Assembly (NCBI GenBank): GCA_013239625.1
Contig: MU054049.1
Span: 1,253,015-1,317,014 of the forward strand
Reading direction: 5' to 3'
Length of the DNA stretch: 64,000 nucleotides
Source of the DNA: Lama guanicoe
Lineage: Eukaryota
Shown here: positions 1-12,600 of the stretch, in pieces
Numbering within the stretch: position 1 is the stretch's first letter
How the letters are laid out: the number at the start of each line of letters is the position of its first letter
Translations under genes and position numbers: made by a program
The notes under the pieces: generated by a model
What the model saw: the letters and a program-made list of their open reading frames with translations, nothing else
Told to the model about the DNA's origin: nothing
Databases searched by the model: none

Positions 1-708
1 TCATTACTACTATTATTGTAGCCAGCACAGCCTTTTCAGCTGGGAAATAAAGACAAATCTTCAGCAACTTAGAAGAGAGAGCAGAAACCCCAAATGAAAG
101 CCAGCAGTGTGGGCAGTGGCTGCTCTTAAAGCAGGGGGCTCTGATAAAGGGTCCCCAGCTACATCTAGCTGCGGACCCCCTGTCTCTCCAAGCCTGGTCA
201 TCGCAAAAAGCCCACGAACAAGTCCCCGGACCCCAACCGCCGGCCGGCGCGGGTCCAGCCCCTTCGGACTGGGTCCTCCGACGAACTCCCCGAAGAGAGT
301 TCAAGGGAAGTCGCTGCCCAGACTAACGTGCCAACAGCTGTCGGCGCTGGCTGTTGGGAAGAAAAAAGAAAACAAACCAACAACTAGGGCTCGCACGTTC
401 CCGCTTCTATCTTCTAGCCGGCGGCCTGGCCCCTGGAGGGGCCCCGGGCTGCGGCAGGTCTCTGCGGAGCGCGAGGAAGGGGCGCCGCCGGCCCTGCCCG
501 CCGCCCGCGCGTCCCGGACGCTCCGCAGGCGCCGTTGCGCCCCGCCGCCGGGGCGGCCCGGGCCGGGCCCACGGGAGGGGGCGGCCCGGAGGCGGCGGGG
601 CCTCCCGGCCAGGCCCGAGCCCCGAGCCCCGAGCCCCGGCCTCCCCGGCGCCGGCCGCCCTCGCCCCAGCCGCGGGGTCCTCGAGCCGCCCGGGCCCCGC
701 GCGCTTAC

Positions 709-734
709 CGGGGGCCGGAGCCCGCGCCAACAGC
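709..734 (-). CDS. VSTM4: VSTM4 coding exon 1, 3' part (signal peptide); start codon lies in the N gap 735-860 and the rest of the gene lies left of the window
   Basis: Minus strand reads CTG TTG GCG CGG GCT CCG GCC CCC G|gtaagcgc, i.e. LLARAPAP plus a phase-1 canonical donor at 708. This matches the recalled VSTM4 signal peptide MRLLALAAAALLARAPAPE. It sits in a CpG island in the expected synteny with FAM170B and TMEM273. Confidence 0.85.
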
Positions 735-860
735 NNNNNNNNNNNNNNNNNNNNNNNNNNNNNNNNNNNNNNNNNNNNNNNNNNNNNNNNNNNNNNNNNN
801 NNNNNNNNNNNNNNNNNNNNNNNNNNNNNNNNNNNNNNNNNNNNNNNNNNNNNNNNNNNN
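735..860. other. Assembly gap (126 N)
   Basis: Run of N seen directly. Confidence 1.
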
Positions 861-3800
861 CGGCCCCCGCCCCTCCGGCCGCCCGCCCCCGCCGGGCCAG
901 GGCCTCTGGGCGCCCAGAGCCGCGCGGGGCAAAGGCGCAGCCCCGGCAGGCCGTCGCTCCGCCACCTGCAGGCGTGTCATTTCACCACCCCCATTTCACA
1001 GATGTGAAAACTGAGGTTCTGGGAGGCGATCGCTCAGACACAGAGAAGACATAGCTGCAGCAGCATTGGCGGGTTCTTGGCATCACAGACACAGTTATTG
1101 CTAAGGGGAGGGCGTCTTGGAGATTGAGAGGGGAGACTACCAAATGCAGGGGCTTCCCTGACCCATGGCTAGCCTGCTGCCCAGCTGACCTCCTGCAGTC
1201 GCTTCACAGGGACCTTGGGAGCCAAGGAGAAGCTGAATTTCCATAGGAAGGTAGAGGGGATCAGGGATGGAGACCCTTGGAAAACTGAGGTCTATGAGGT
1301 AAGTTCAGAGGGTGTGGACACTATAAATAATAATGGCGGCTTAGGGTGCCCTCACCCACAGACCTAGGGTAGATACTTTGCACCATGTCACTGAATCCTG
1401 CCCCTGTGAGACTCTGGGGCACTTAATCTCCATGTGCCTCAGTTTCCTCCATCTGTACAATGGGAAAGTGGTTATATCCCTCATTAGACATTTAAGAAGA
1501 CCAAGTGAGACAGTTCCAGTTAAGGTACTGCTCCTGGCCCCCGGCCTGTGCATGTCAGTTCTTTACTATTATGATTATAGATAAGGAAGCAGAGGAGATG
1601 CAGGGGCTGTCCCTGGTCACACAGCCAGGGAGCAATGACAAGACCACTCAGCCCAAATCGCCTGAGCCAATGCCTGGTCTCTTTGCCATGGATCTAAATC
1701 TGGGACCTGAGCCTGACTGATGTGTTAGTCCAGCATCACTAGAATAAGGAAAGTGTACGTTAGGTGGGTTTTGTGTGTGTCTGTCAGGGGAGGGCTTTGT
1801 GGGGTTGCACAAACGGTGGCCTTCGCTTTGGAGTGGGTCCCTGGAGAAAGAAGAGAACAGGCCCCCCACCCCCCGTCTCCTTTTCTCTAAGAGCAGTGAA
1901 TAAGGGTGAGGAAGGCTTGGAGAGAGAAGAGGTGCTGCCCGCTGGTGGTGCTCAGCCCCAGGACGGGTCCCACGGGGAACGTCCACCCTGCAGCCCGGGC
2001 CAGGGGGTGCACAGCCCTTGTGATTTCTCCAAAGGCCAGGCACTTCCTGGGGTCCCAGGGTCCAGGGTCTCCATTGGACTCTCCCAGGTGGGAACTCTCA
2101 CATGGAGCAGGGCTCTACAGGGACTGAACTGACCATCCAGGCAGCCTGACTGGAGGAAGCAGTCCTGTCCCTCCGCATCGAGCTGGTGATGGAACTGAGG
2201 GGCCAATGGAGAGCTGGCTGCAAGGTCTCTGGGTCTGATGCCAAGGACAAGAAGTGAGGACGAGAACTGGTGTCAAACTGGATCCTACAGCCCAGGAATG
2301 CAGACCTTCTTGGGAGACTTCCAGACCAGAGCTTGGAAACCATTGCATGCTTGAGCAACTAAGCCTCACACCCCATCCCTGAGAGATCCCAGGCTCCATT
2401 TTACAGATTAGTAAACTCAGGCTCAAGGGGACCGAAGCCCTGTCTGGGGCTCTTGGGCCACCGACTAAACAGGGAACTTGGGTTCTGACACTACTTGGCA
2501 GGACAGGGGAGAGGCTGCCAGAGGAAGAGCACTCATTCTGAAAGCCAGCCAGCATCCCACCCTGGGTACCACTTGTGGGTCCTTGGGCAACGTAGCCTCT
2601 CTGAACCTCACTGTCCAGATGAGGGTGATGCACATAAAATGGCACGTCAACATGACTGCGTGTGGGCGCGGAGCTAAAAAAGTGGCTGGTCTGTTTTCTG
2701 TCCTCCGTGACCTCCCACCTCAACTTTTGTGCTTACAATTTACTCCCCGTTGGTGGAAAGTCGAGGGACCTCTTGCACAGGTTGGCCCCACTTCGAGGAG
2801 TCAATTCTTGCTTTGGTTATTGTATCATTTCTAAGCATCAATCTCTCCTTGCAGAACTGAGCAGGTATCCTACGCAGTATTAGACTTACATGCCCACCCT
2901 TTGCGTCACTTTCCCTTTGCAAAATAATTGATGCCATGCTGGGGATTTAGGAGCTAGAAAGGGCTTTTCTTGCAGTTCTGTGATACATAATATTGTTCTC
3001 ATTTTGGCTGTGTGCTCTCATAGTACTTTTCAGCTTCCCAAACAATCTACCAAACCATCCTGATAAGATCTTTGCTGCATAACAAAAGAATGGGGACCCG
3101 TACCCAGTCCCCAGGGGAGACACCGCCGGTGTCCCAGATGAGATTCAGTATTTCAGCCGTTCTGGACTAAATAGCAAAGGTCTTCCAGATACATCCTTTC
3201 ACCCTGCTGCCTGCTGACTCACTCACAACCTTAAGACAGTTTGAAAACCCTCCACTGACTTATTCGTCCAGCCTCTGGCTCCATCAGGTCTGTGTTCTGA
3301 ATTAGAAGCATAACCCAATCCAATTATTTTAACAAGTTATCTCGTCTAAAACTGCCCGCTTGTCTGGGGTTTCTGGATGAGTGTTCAGACTATTCTGAAG
3401 TTGATCCAGGTCCCTGTGAGCACTAAGCTATGTGGAGGCTCTACTCCAATAATCCTGATTCTACAGGTCACCACTGAAAGAATCTTAGAAATTCAAATTC
3501 CCTGAAAATAGACGCACTCTGCTATCACGTGGCAGGCTGGGGACTGGAGGTCTCCTTTCTCTCTTAATGTTACTCGGTTGTTTGCTAAAATCTGAGTCAG
3601 AGATGAAACAGCGTGGCGTGGTTTTGTAACCAGTTGAGTTTGTGCACAGCAAGTATATTCCTAAACTAAAATCACCAAAGAAAAGTAAATCTCCTCTTCT
3701 AAGGGATCTGGCGGATTCCTGTGTTGCTTTTTCAGTCTGGATTTACACAAGTCATTGATAAGCTTTCTTTCTCCTTACTGCTCACAGGCATTGTATAGCT

Positions 3801-4111
3801 AGAAGCATTTAGTTGCATGCTTGAATTATCACCAATAGGGAGTGAACAAAGAGTAGACTGGATAAAAGAAGTTTCGGCTGTGACTGATGGGAGGGAAGAT
3901 ATGAAAGAAGAGATCGTGGTTACAGGGGATGTGTCCATCCAATCCGAAGGAAGAGCCAGGAGCCATTGATGGTGAAACGTTCATGAAACCTACAGCATCC
4001 TTTCCCTGCACAACTAGGGAAGGGGTGTGGAATGCACTGGGTTTTCCCTAAAGATAAGGAAATGTGCAGCTGTAAGGCTGACAGTATATCTAGGTAGAAA
4101 TAGCCTCTCCA

Positions 4112-4222
4112 GGGGGAGGGTATATCTTAGTGGTAGAGTGTGTCCCTAGCATGCACGAGGTCCTGGGTTCAATCCCCAGTTCCTCCGTTAAAATTTTAAA
4201 AAAAAGAAGGAAAGAAAGAAAA
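4112..4222 (+). mobile_element. tRNA-derived SINE (camelid type) with target-site duplication (TSD)
   Basis: GGGGAGGGTATA..TAGTGGTAGAG..GAGGTCCTGGGTTCAATCCCCAG (Pol III A/B boxes) and an A-rich tail. TSD agaaa(t/c)agcctctcca at 4096-4111 and 4223-4238. Confidence 0.9.
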
Positions 4223-5119
4223 AGAAACAGCCTCTCCAAACTAAGCTATAATATATAAATTAGGGTCATTCCATGCCCTTAGCTGTGATTGTGAGCTTGG
4301 TGCCAAGCTTTGCAGGCTGGCTGGATGCAGAAAGAAAATGGCCCCAGTTTCTAGAAGGTTCCAGATGGAAGGAATTGGAATGAGGGCGGAATTAAGAACT
4401 GGACAGGTTGTCTACATCACTGACCACAACAGAAACCACGCCCACTTACTCTTCCTAGTCTGGCTAGAAACATCTACAGTGAAAGCAGTGCTTGAATCAA
4501 ACCTTAAAGGATGCTAGCAGAGTCCCACCAGCAGGGAGTGAGGGCCTGTTCCACAACCTATGTCAAAGCACAGAAGCTAAAGGACATAGGACTTTCAAGT
4601 CCCACAGGTGGCTTCTGAGGGCCCAGAAGAGCTGTTGATTCTGAGGAGTGAGATGTGGATGGAGGGACAGGCAGGAATCAAGCCCTCGAGCGCCCCCAAA
4701 TGTGAGGCCCGGCAGTCTGTACTGCAACCCAGTGATGTCAGGTACCATCTGTGAAGGAGGGGAAATGTCACAACGGTCCCCTGAGCATCACTAGGGTTGC
4801 TACAGGCTTGGAGGCAGGGGCTGCATTGAGTCTAATAACTCCAATACTATTGACGGAAGATCGAAGAGAAATGTGGAAATTTAGAATCTGCAAACGCAGG
4901 GAGGGTAGAGAAAGAAAAAGACAATTGAGTCACCCTCAGGCCAATGTCAGATGCCTTGGACATGAGTGTCATTGTCCAGGACGTGGCCTCTGAGATGAGA
5001 GAAGGGCCGAGCACTGAGTCCTAGGAAACCTATCCTCGCCCAGTGCCCGGTGCTGGGTGGGCCATCAGTAAATGGTTCAGAGGTGCATCAGTGAATTCAT
5101 CAATGAGAAAGAAAGGAAG

Positions 5120-5512
5120 TCATTGCTCAGGCTGCCATAACAAAGTGCCACACACTGGGGGGCAGAAACCACAGAAATGGATTGTCCTGACTGTTCTGGA
5201 AGCTAAGCAGCCCGAGACTGAGGTGTCAGCAGTTTTGGTTCCCTCCAAGGCCTCTCTCCTTGGCTTGTGGGTGGCCATCTTCTCCCCGTGTCGTCACCTT
5301 AGTCTTCCCTCTGTGCGTGTCAGTGTCCTTCTCCAGTCTTCTCAGGAGGACGCGAGGCATACCGGATTAGGACTCAGCCTGATGATGACCTCGTTTTAAT
5401 GTAATTACCTCATTAAAATCCCTATCTCCAAAGGCAGTCCCTTTCTGAGCTCCTAGGGTTTTAAAAATTTGGCAGCAGAATTCTGGGGGAGATACGATTC
5501 AGCCCATAACAG
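5120..5512 (-). mobile_element. MaLR LTR (MLT1-like)
   Basis: ggctgccataacaaagtgccacacactggg...aattacctc...ttcagcccataaca. Confidence 0.78.
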
Positions 5513-5959
5513 CAGGGAGGAAGAGGAGGAGGAGAAGGCAGGTTATTATTGAAAGGGTAGGCAGAGAAGGAGTTGACGAAGGGGACTGACAGAGACGGGG
5601 GTACGGAGCCAGGAGACTGGAGATGCTGTCACCAAGGTCAGCTATCAAAGAGAGGGGCAGCTAATCCCAAAACAAAACAAGAGAACCAAGAAAATCCGTC
5701 GTCCTCTGACCCTAACCTGGGGCTGAAAAACAAAGAGGAGTCTGGGAGGACACCTCATTCTTCTTGTGCATTTCAGATGTATCTCAGGAGCAGCCTTTAT
5801 TGGGCCACAGAGGTCTGGGGCTGGGAGCTCAGCCCCCCGTGGATGAACCCATCCTGGTCTCCCTGCTCCACCTACACTGTGTACTGTGGGTGCTGAATAC
5901 TTCGGGTTAATCGAATAAGGATGGGTCAGTGATGGAGTTTGGCAGGGTCTGTTCTTGGA

Positions 5960-6185
5960 GAGGCAGTCAGTCACTCCCTTCCATGGGCAGCGTGGACCCC
6001 CTAGGGGGGTCTTTGGAAATGCGGGGGCCATTTTTGATTGTTACAATGGTTTGGAGAGTGGTTACACAACTGGCATTCAGGGGGCAGAGGCTGTAACGCG
6101 AATGCCGGGCTATGCAATGGGCAGTCCTGCATGGGAAATGACAGTCCACACAGAGTGGCCATCATGTCCACGCTGAGAAACAAAG
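5960..6185. mobile_element. hAT-Charlie MITE (MER20-like)
   Basis: tttggaaatg...ccatttttgattgttacaatg...ctggcattcag. Confidence 0.55.
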
Positions 6186-7956
6186 AGAATGAAGGGAAGT
6201 CACTGGGGCAGCAGAGGGCTTCAGGGGTTTTGTGAGAAGCAGGTGTACAAGATTCAGAGCCGTGCCCAAGTACAAACTGGCTGTTGATTTCTTAACATCA
6301 GCTCCAGGTCAACATGCTGCTCATGGACTAGATGTCCTCAAGCTGAGTCTCCCACTGCCAGCCTGGCTTGCCTCTCAGTTCTGCAGAGGAATGCTGAGTC
6401 TGGCTGTCAGCTACCATGGACCAGGAAAATCAGAGTCAGGACTGCTCAGGCTCCTCCCAAACACTGACCCAAACAAAGCCAGGGCTGGTCGAAGAGGACG
6501 CCTGGCTGACAGCTGCAGAGCCCAGGCAGCTCCCGGGCCCAGGCTCAAGCCTCCATCCCAGGGCAAGATGCAGGAAGCTAGTCTTTTGTGCAGCATCTAG
6601 AGTAACCTCCTCTCTCTCAGTGAGAAAGCAGCCCATCCTACCTACCTTTTTGCTCCCCCAACTGCACACACACATGCAGCCCACTCCACACATGGATGGA
6701 TGAGAGATGAGATATCTTCAGGGTATGTTTCCCTCTTCCAGGTACCCACCCCTCGGCAGGTGAGCTCCAAGATCTGGTCCCACTTTTCTCCCACAGTCCC
6801 ACCCAAACTCCATTTCCATTCCCTCAGGGACTTTCTCTGGATATATAACTGACTGATGAACTAATTCATACTAACATGTAACAGGCTTATATTGTCTTAG
6901 TATGAGAGCTTTCCAAGGATATTATTATTAAAATAGAGAACAAATCTTAAGTCAATGAATGGCTCTCTGACGATGAAATTACTGAACCATTAACTGCCCA
7001 AGGAGGAGATCATGGGGACAGAGGGGCGAACTCTCTAGAAGGCAAAATAAACCCTCTTTTCCCTATTTATAATGACAGTCTTTATTTGAGAAATGCAGAG
7101 CCCCAGTCCTAGCTCAGTTCGGGATATCTGAGCTAATTGCCCCTCCAGAGGGCTGCTAGGTTTTTATTCCTTCAAGACTCAGCTTAAAGAGGCATCACCT
7201 CTTCCAGGAAGCCTTCCAGGCCCTCAGAGGCTGAATTTGGTCCCCTCTTCAGTGCCCTCGCAGTTTCTTATACAAACCTCTACATACACCGTCATAAGTG
7301 TCCCTGCTGGACTGTCTGACCCCCAAGACCAGACACTGGCCATCAGGCATCTCTGTGTCCCTCCTGCCAGAGCCCAGGCCCTGGGTGTGGGGGAAGCGGT
7401 GGGTGAGTGTCTGGAATGGAGGAGGGATGTTCCACAGCAGTGCCCCCAGGCTTTCTTTCCCAAATAGGGCCCCAGGGCTCCTCATCCTCCCTAACAGAAC
7501 TCTTAAAACTTTAGGAAGATCTAGAAAAAAACTTAAAGCACATGGATTTTCTGGATTGGCACCTAAGAAACATCTGGTGACACTTGATTCCTTGTGCCTT
7601 GCTTGCATGTGGGTTGGCAATCAGGATGTCCTCAGATGGCATAGCTTTACATAGTGTCCACACTGGGAGATTGTGTCATTTTAGCACGCAGCAGAGAGGA
7701 CCCATCACCCGCAGAAGAATCCGCCTTGCATCCAGTCCCATATTCACTTAGGCGGCAACTTGGTTTTGCAAACACCAGGCTTAACGGTCGCATAAAACTA
7801 ATGTTGTCAGTTTGAGTTTTACAACTCTTGTAATTGTGTTTGTCTTTAATTCATAAATTTGTTTTTCTTTTATCACTATCAAGTAGCTCTACACTTGAAT
7901 GAGTTTGTGTTGTTTAAGTCATTGTTTAAGGAGCAAGAACAAAGTCAACACAGTCT

Positions 7957-8060
7957 ACACTGGAATTTGACACCGCATTGTAAAATGACTATAACTCAAT
8001 AAAAAAAAAATTAAAAGATAAACAAATAAATAAAGTAAAATTTAAGAAAATAAATAAATA
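7957..8060 (+). mobile_element. Very short retroposon 3' end, same family as 58409-58475
   Basis: acactggaatttgacaccgcattgtaaaatgactataactcaataaaaaaaaaa followed by an A-rich tail. Confidence 0.7.
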
Positions 8061-8898
8061 ATTACGTTCTCAAAAAGGCAACATGGGCCCTGCAAGAATG
8101 TTCTAGGCCTTTGCAAGGGTAGTACTCAAGTTTGCAAAGTACTGCTTTAGGGATTTCTCACTCTCCTGTCCTGAGGTTGATGGTACCTCGCTGGGCAGTT
8201 GCTGGGTGTGTGTGCCCCGGGAGGAGCTGCAGGAAGTCCGGCAGCAGAGTGTCCACAAGACCTCGGGGGTCAGAGCATCATTCATAGACCTTTCTCTCCC
8301 GGTCCTTGAGCTCCAACCCCAGCCAGGCACAGCCCAGTACAGAGCAGCAAGTACCACGTGTGCACCCACTCACACTCATCCACACTCACACACTCTCTCA
8401 CACATACACACACACAGGGTCTGGCTTCTGGCATCAGGCTTGGCATTTTCGTGAACTGCTGGTTCCATCCTGCCTACGGCTCAGCCATCCTGACCCTCAT
8501 TATCCCTGGCCAAGCCCATTTCCCAGTAGGGCCTTCTGGTCAATCTCACCCGCAGGGGAAGCATTAGAGGCTTAGAAGAGAATGGAAGGGAACATACTGT
8601 GTTCTCTTAACCAGACCCCGGGCCACCAGATTCCTTCTACAGAGCCCTCTGTCTGGAGCCCAGAGCACTCTGAGTGCTCGGGGCCGGGAAGCCACTCGGT
8701 CCTTGCCAAAAGTCAGCCTCTCAGTCTCAAATGTAAATATGCCACTCCGGGCACGTAAATCAGCAGATCTTGATGGCGTGCCTGCTGTGTGCTTGCTCTT
8801 CTGAGGGCCTGGGACCAGGGAGGCTCCCTGCGGGAAACACGGATCTACTCGAGCCTTCCTGGCTGCTGCCCGCCTGCCTCGGGCTCCTGATCTTTGGC

Positions 8899-9270
8899 AT
8901 GTGTAATCACCTGTTAGGGCTGCATGACAAGACACTGCAGATGGGGACTTAAACAACAAATGTATCGTCTCCCGGGTCTGGAAGTCAAAGTCCAAGATCA
9001 GAGTGTCTGCAGGGTTGGCGTCTCCTGAAGCATCTCTCCCTGATTTGCAGATGGCCATCATCTCCCTGTGTCTTCACGTGGACTTTCTGTGGGTATCTGT
9101 GTCCCAATCTCTTCTTATAAAGACATGAGTCCTATTGGATTAGAGCCCAGCCTAATAATGACTTCATTTTACTTTCGTTACCTCTTTAAAGACTTTATCT
9201 CCAAATAAGATCACATCCTGAGGTCCTAGGGGTTAAGATTTCAACCTATAAATTTGGGAGGACACATCCA
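8899..9270 (-). mobile_element. MaLR LTR (MLT1-like)
   Basis: ggacttaaacaaca...ctggaagtcaaagtccaagatca...cttataaagaca...ggttaagatttcaacctataaattt. Confidence 0.78.
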
Positions 9271-10049
9271 TTACTGAGCATCCCAGGGACCCCCAGTGGA
9301 AGGGTCAGTCAGGATTCCACCATCTTTGATGAACCCTTAACTTCCTCCTCCAGCCTCCTACCTGGACCCCCCCTTTGTGAATGGGTCACATTCCCTGGTC
9401 AATGTGTCATCCTCAGCATCTACCATTTCTCTCTTTCCCCATCTATCTCCTTTCTCCAACTTCCTTATCTTTCCTTCATCCTCCGGCCATGCCTTCCCCT
9501 CCTCTCCCTCCAGAGCCCTGTTTGCACCGTCTTGTTTTCTTTCCCAGCTTCGCTATGTTTTCACCCTTTCTCTCATCTGAGCGCCCTCCCTGGCTCTCTC
9601 ACAAGATCACCCTCTCACTCAGCTTTCAACCTTCACAAGAAATGAGGACACATCACATAAAGAGCTTTGTAACCTAACTCTCTAGGGTTGGCTGGCTCCT
9701 CACCCATTATAAAGTGCTCTTAAAATCAAAGCTAATTTAATTCAGAAGGACCAGGGTTTTCAGAGTGTGGTCTATAGACCACAAGGTGAACGGGGAAGGC
9801 TCCCAATGTCACTTCCAACCTGAGAAGTTAATGTTTTATTAAATGTTTTATGGCCTGTTTACTATAAAATCCATATTCCCTCAAAATAGACATAAAACAC
9901 CTTACAGAAGACCAAAATTTATCAACAACTTACCAACCAGAAAGAATCACCTTGACATTTCATTACAGTTGCGGTATTTCCATGAATATCTGTTTATCTA
10001 GTGCATGGAATACTTTCCACGTTGTTCCCTATTCAGTCACACATAATAC

Positions 10050-11760
10050 ATAAGAAAGCTTTTGATATCCATCCTATGTCTCAATCCTTTCATTACCATT
10101 TTTTTCAAAAATTTTTAATGAATTCATTTGCGCTTCCAAGGTAAGCATATTGTCTTTCTCTGAAAAAGAACAGAATTTTCTGTCCATTCTAAATAACATT
10201 TCGGTCTCCTGTTTCACTGAATCAGTTGGAACTTCCAGAACAATGTTAAATAAAAATTGTAATAGATGATATATTTTACCTGATTTCATTAGGAACGTCT
10301 ATAGATATTTTTCTTTTTTGCTACTTGGTTTAAGATAAGTACTCTATATCATCTGAAGAAAGTTTCTATTGTTAGTTTTAGAAATAACATAGGAATTATT
10401 GTTGTGTTTATTACATGTTTTTTTAATTGAGATATAATTTGCATACTGTACAATTCAGCTTTTTAAAGCATACAATTCAGCGGTTCATAGCACATCCACA
10501 AAGCTATGTAATCACCACTGCTGTCTAATTCCAGAACACTTTCATCACTCCGAGAACAAACTCTGTATCCATAAGCAGTCACTTCTCACTCCTCTCCTTG
10601 CCCTGAATCTCTGTCTCTGTAAATCTGCCTCGTTGGATATTTCATATAAATAGAACAATGCATGTTGAAGCCTTTTGCGTCTGGCTTTCCTCACTTAGAA
10701 TAACATTTTCAAGGTTCATCCATATTGTTGCATGGGTCAGTACTGCATTCTGTTATGGCTGAAGAATTTTGTTTATCCATTCATCATATGGCAGACATGT
10801 GGGTTGTTTTCGCTTTTTTTGTATTAGAAATAATGTTGCTCTGAGTATTCGTGTACAGGATTTTTGAGGGGATGTGTGTTTTCAATTATCAGAACTGCTG
10901 GGCCATATGGTGACTCTATTTTTCACTTTTGAGAAACTGCTAGAATGTTGTCTACAGTGGCTGCACTGTTTTACACTCTTAGACACTTTTCAGTTTTTTT
11001 TTTTTTGCCTATTTTTTAAATTAGGATGCTTGTCTTTTACTGTTGAGTTATAAGGATTCTTTATGTATTTTGGGTACTAAACCCTTCTCAGCTATGTGAT
11101 GGGCAAGTATTTCTCCCATTTTGTGGATTGTTTCACTTTCTTCATAATATCCTTTGAACACAAAAGTTTTTAATTTGGAGGAAGTCCGATTTATGTGTTT
11201 TTCTGTTTTCTTGTGCTTTTGGCGTCACAGCTAAGAAAAACCATTGTGTAATCCAAGATCATGAAGATTTACACGTCTGTTTCCCTCTAAGATTTTTATC
11301 ATTTTAACTCTTACATGTAAGTCTTTTTTAAATTTTGTATATATGATGTGAGGCAGAAATCCAACTTCGCTCTTTTGCATACAGGTAGCCAGTTGTCCCA
11401 GCACTGTTTGCTGAAAAGATTCTTCCTTCCCCCGTTGAATTATCTTGGCACCGTAGTTGAAAAATCAATTGGCCATAAATGTATAGGCTTAATTTTGAAT
11501 ATTGTCTTTTTAATATCTACTGAGATTATCATAAGATCCTTCTTTCAATACAAAGTTTTGTTAGATTTAATCATTTTTCTCTTTACAGTCATGAGATGAC
11601 TCAGACTCAGTCATGGTGAATTGTTCCTTTCACTCTGTCAATGTGATTCGATATCATTGTGTGTTTATAAGTGAGATCAATATATTACTTTTTTTAGTGC
11701 CATCTTTATTATCATGTTTCTGTAAATTTCATAAAACAAATTTCATCTTTCTCTATAGCC
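10050..11760 (-). mobile_element. Old L1 fragments
   Basis: T-rich strand with typical L1 3'/ORF2 phrases (ccagttgtcccagcactgtttgctgaaaaga; tttcaaggttcatccatattg). Confidence 0.75.
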
Positions 11761-11967
11761 TGGGAAAATAAAGGGTGTGGAGTAGTCCAAGACCTAAAAT
11801 GTTTGAAGTCCCTTCATCCTCTGGAAGGATCAAGGGATGATAATGCTCGTCTTATTTGCTGGAGGTCCCAGGTCTCTACAAAGTGATGAGTTTAAACCAC
11901 AAATGAATATTTAAACCACAAACTCAGCTGAGTTTAAGTTATGTTTTAAAAAATAAGTCACTGTCTT

Positions 11968-12125
11968 GGGGGAGGGGAGGGTACAGCTCAGTGGCAGAGC
12001 GTGTGCTTAGTATGCGTGAGGTCCTGGGTTCAATCCCCAGTACCTCCGTTAAAAACATAATAAATAAATAAATAAACCTAATTAACTTCCCCCCGCCCGC
12101 CCCAGCTGCAAAGAATTATTTGAAT
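11968..12125 (+). mobile_element. tRNA-derived SINE with TSD
   Basis: A/B boxes and (TAAA)n tail. TSD aaaaataagtcact(g/a)tctt at 11949-11967 and 12126-12144. Confidence 0.9.
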
Positions 12126-12379
12126 AAAAATAAGTCACTATCTTAAGAACAATTTCATCCCTTCTTTATTCCATCCAGGTCAGCTACAGTTATCCTCTGC
12201 ATGAAAAGCGTGCTTACCCAAAGTTCTTGTCATCTTTCATTTGTCCGGAACGCCCGTCATCCTTTCCCCCATCTCCAGCTGCTTCTGCTTAATCTAAAGG
12301 AAATACAGCCTATGCAGCTGACATGTTTGCTTTTCCTAAATACCTTGCCTCTGTCTTGACGTGAATATTTTGCTTCTCG

Positions 12380-12600
12380 GTGTGATGGTTAGAGCGTAGG
12401 CTCTGGAACCAGGCTGCCTGGGTGTGCAGCCTGACTCTGCTGTACACCAGCTGTATGACCTTGACAAGGTCTTAACTTCCTCACCTAGAAACCAGGACTC
12501 ATCCTTGGACCCACCACATTGGATCGTGAAGAGCATCACATGACTCAAGATTCCTAAAGTGTTTAGAACAATGCTTGGCTCTTGGAATATCAGTGATTTT
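12380..12600. mobile_element. MIR SINE
   Basis: gatggttagagcgtaggctctggaaccaggctgcctggg...tgaccttgacaag...aaagtgtttagaacaatgcttggc. Other MIR cores lie near 990, 1400-1540, 16590, 25500, 33030 and 33890. Confidence 0.75.

Larger units (their letters stand above)
160..980. promoter_or_regulatory. CpG island / VSTM4 promoter and first-exon region
   Basis: Very GC- and CpG-dense, with a GC box (CCCCGCCC near 865) and a short CCCGAGC x3 tandem near 614-637. Interrupted by a 126-N gap. Confidence 0.85.

Noticed and set aside
107..1054. Long plus-strand ORFs (315, 217 and 159 aa)
   Set aside because: Pro/Arg/Gly-rich read-through of a CpG island that spans the N gap; the real exon is on the minus strand.
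3732..3960. Coding-looking stretch (EEIVVTGD on the plus strand, faintly like a CR1/L3 endonuclease motif)
   Set aside because: The frame contains a stop and the similarity is too weak to call without a profile search.
4112..4190. tRNA-like sequences here and at the other four SINE loci
   Set aside because: They have A-rich tails and, in several cases, TSDs; these are SINE heads, not tRNA genes.
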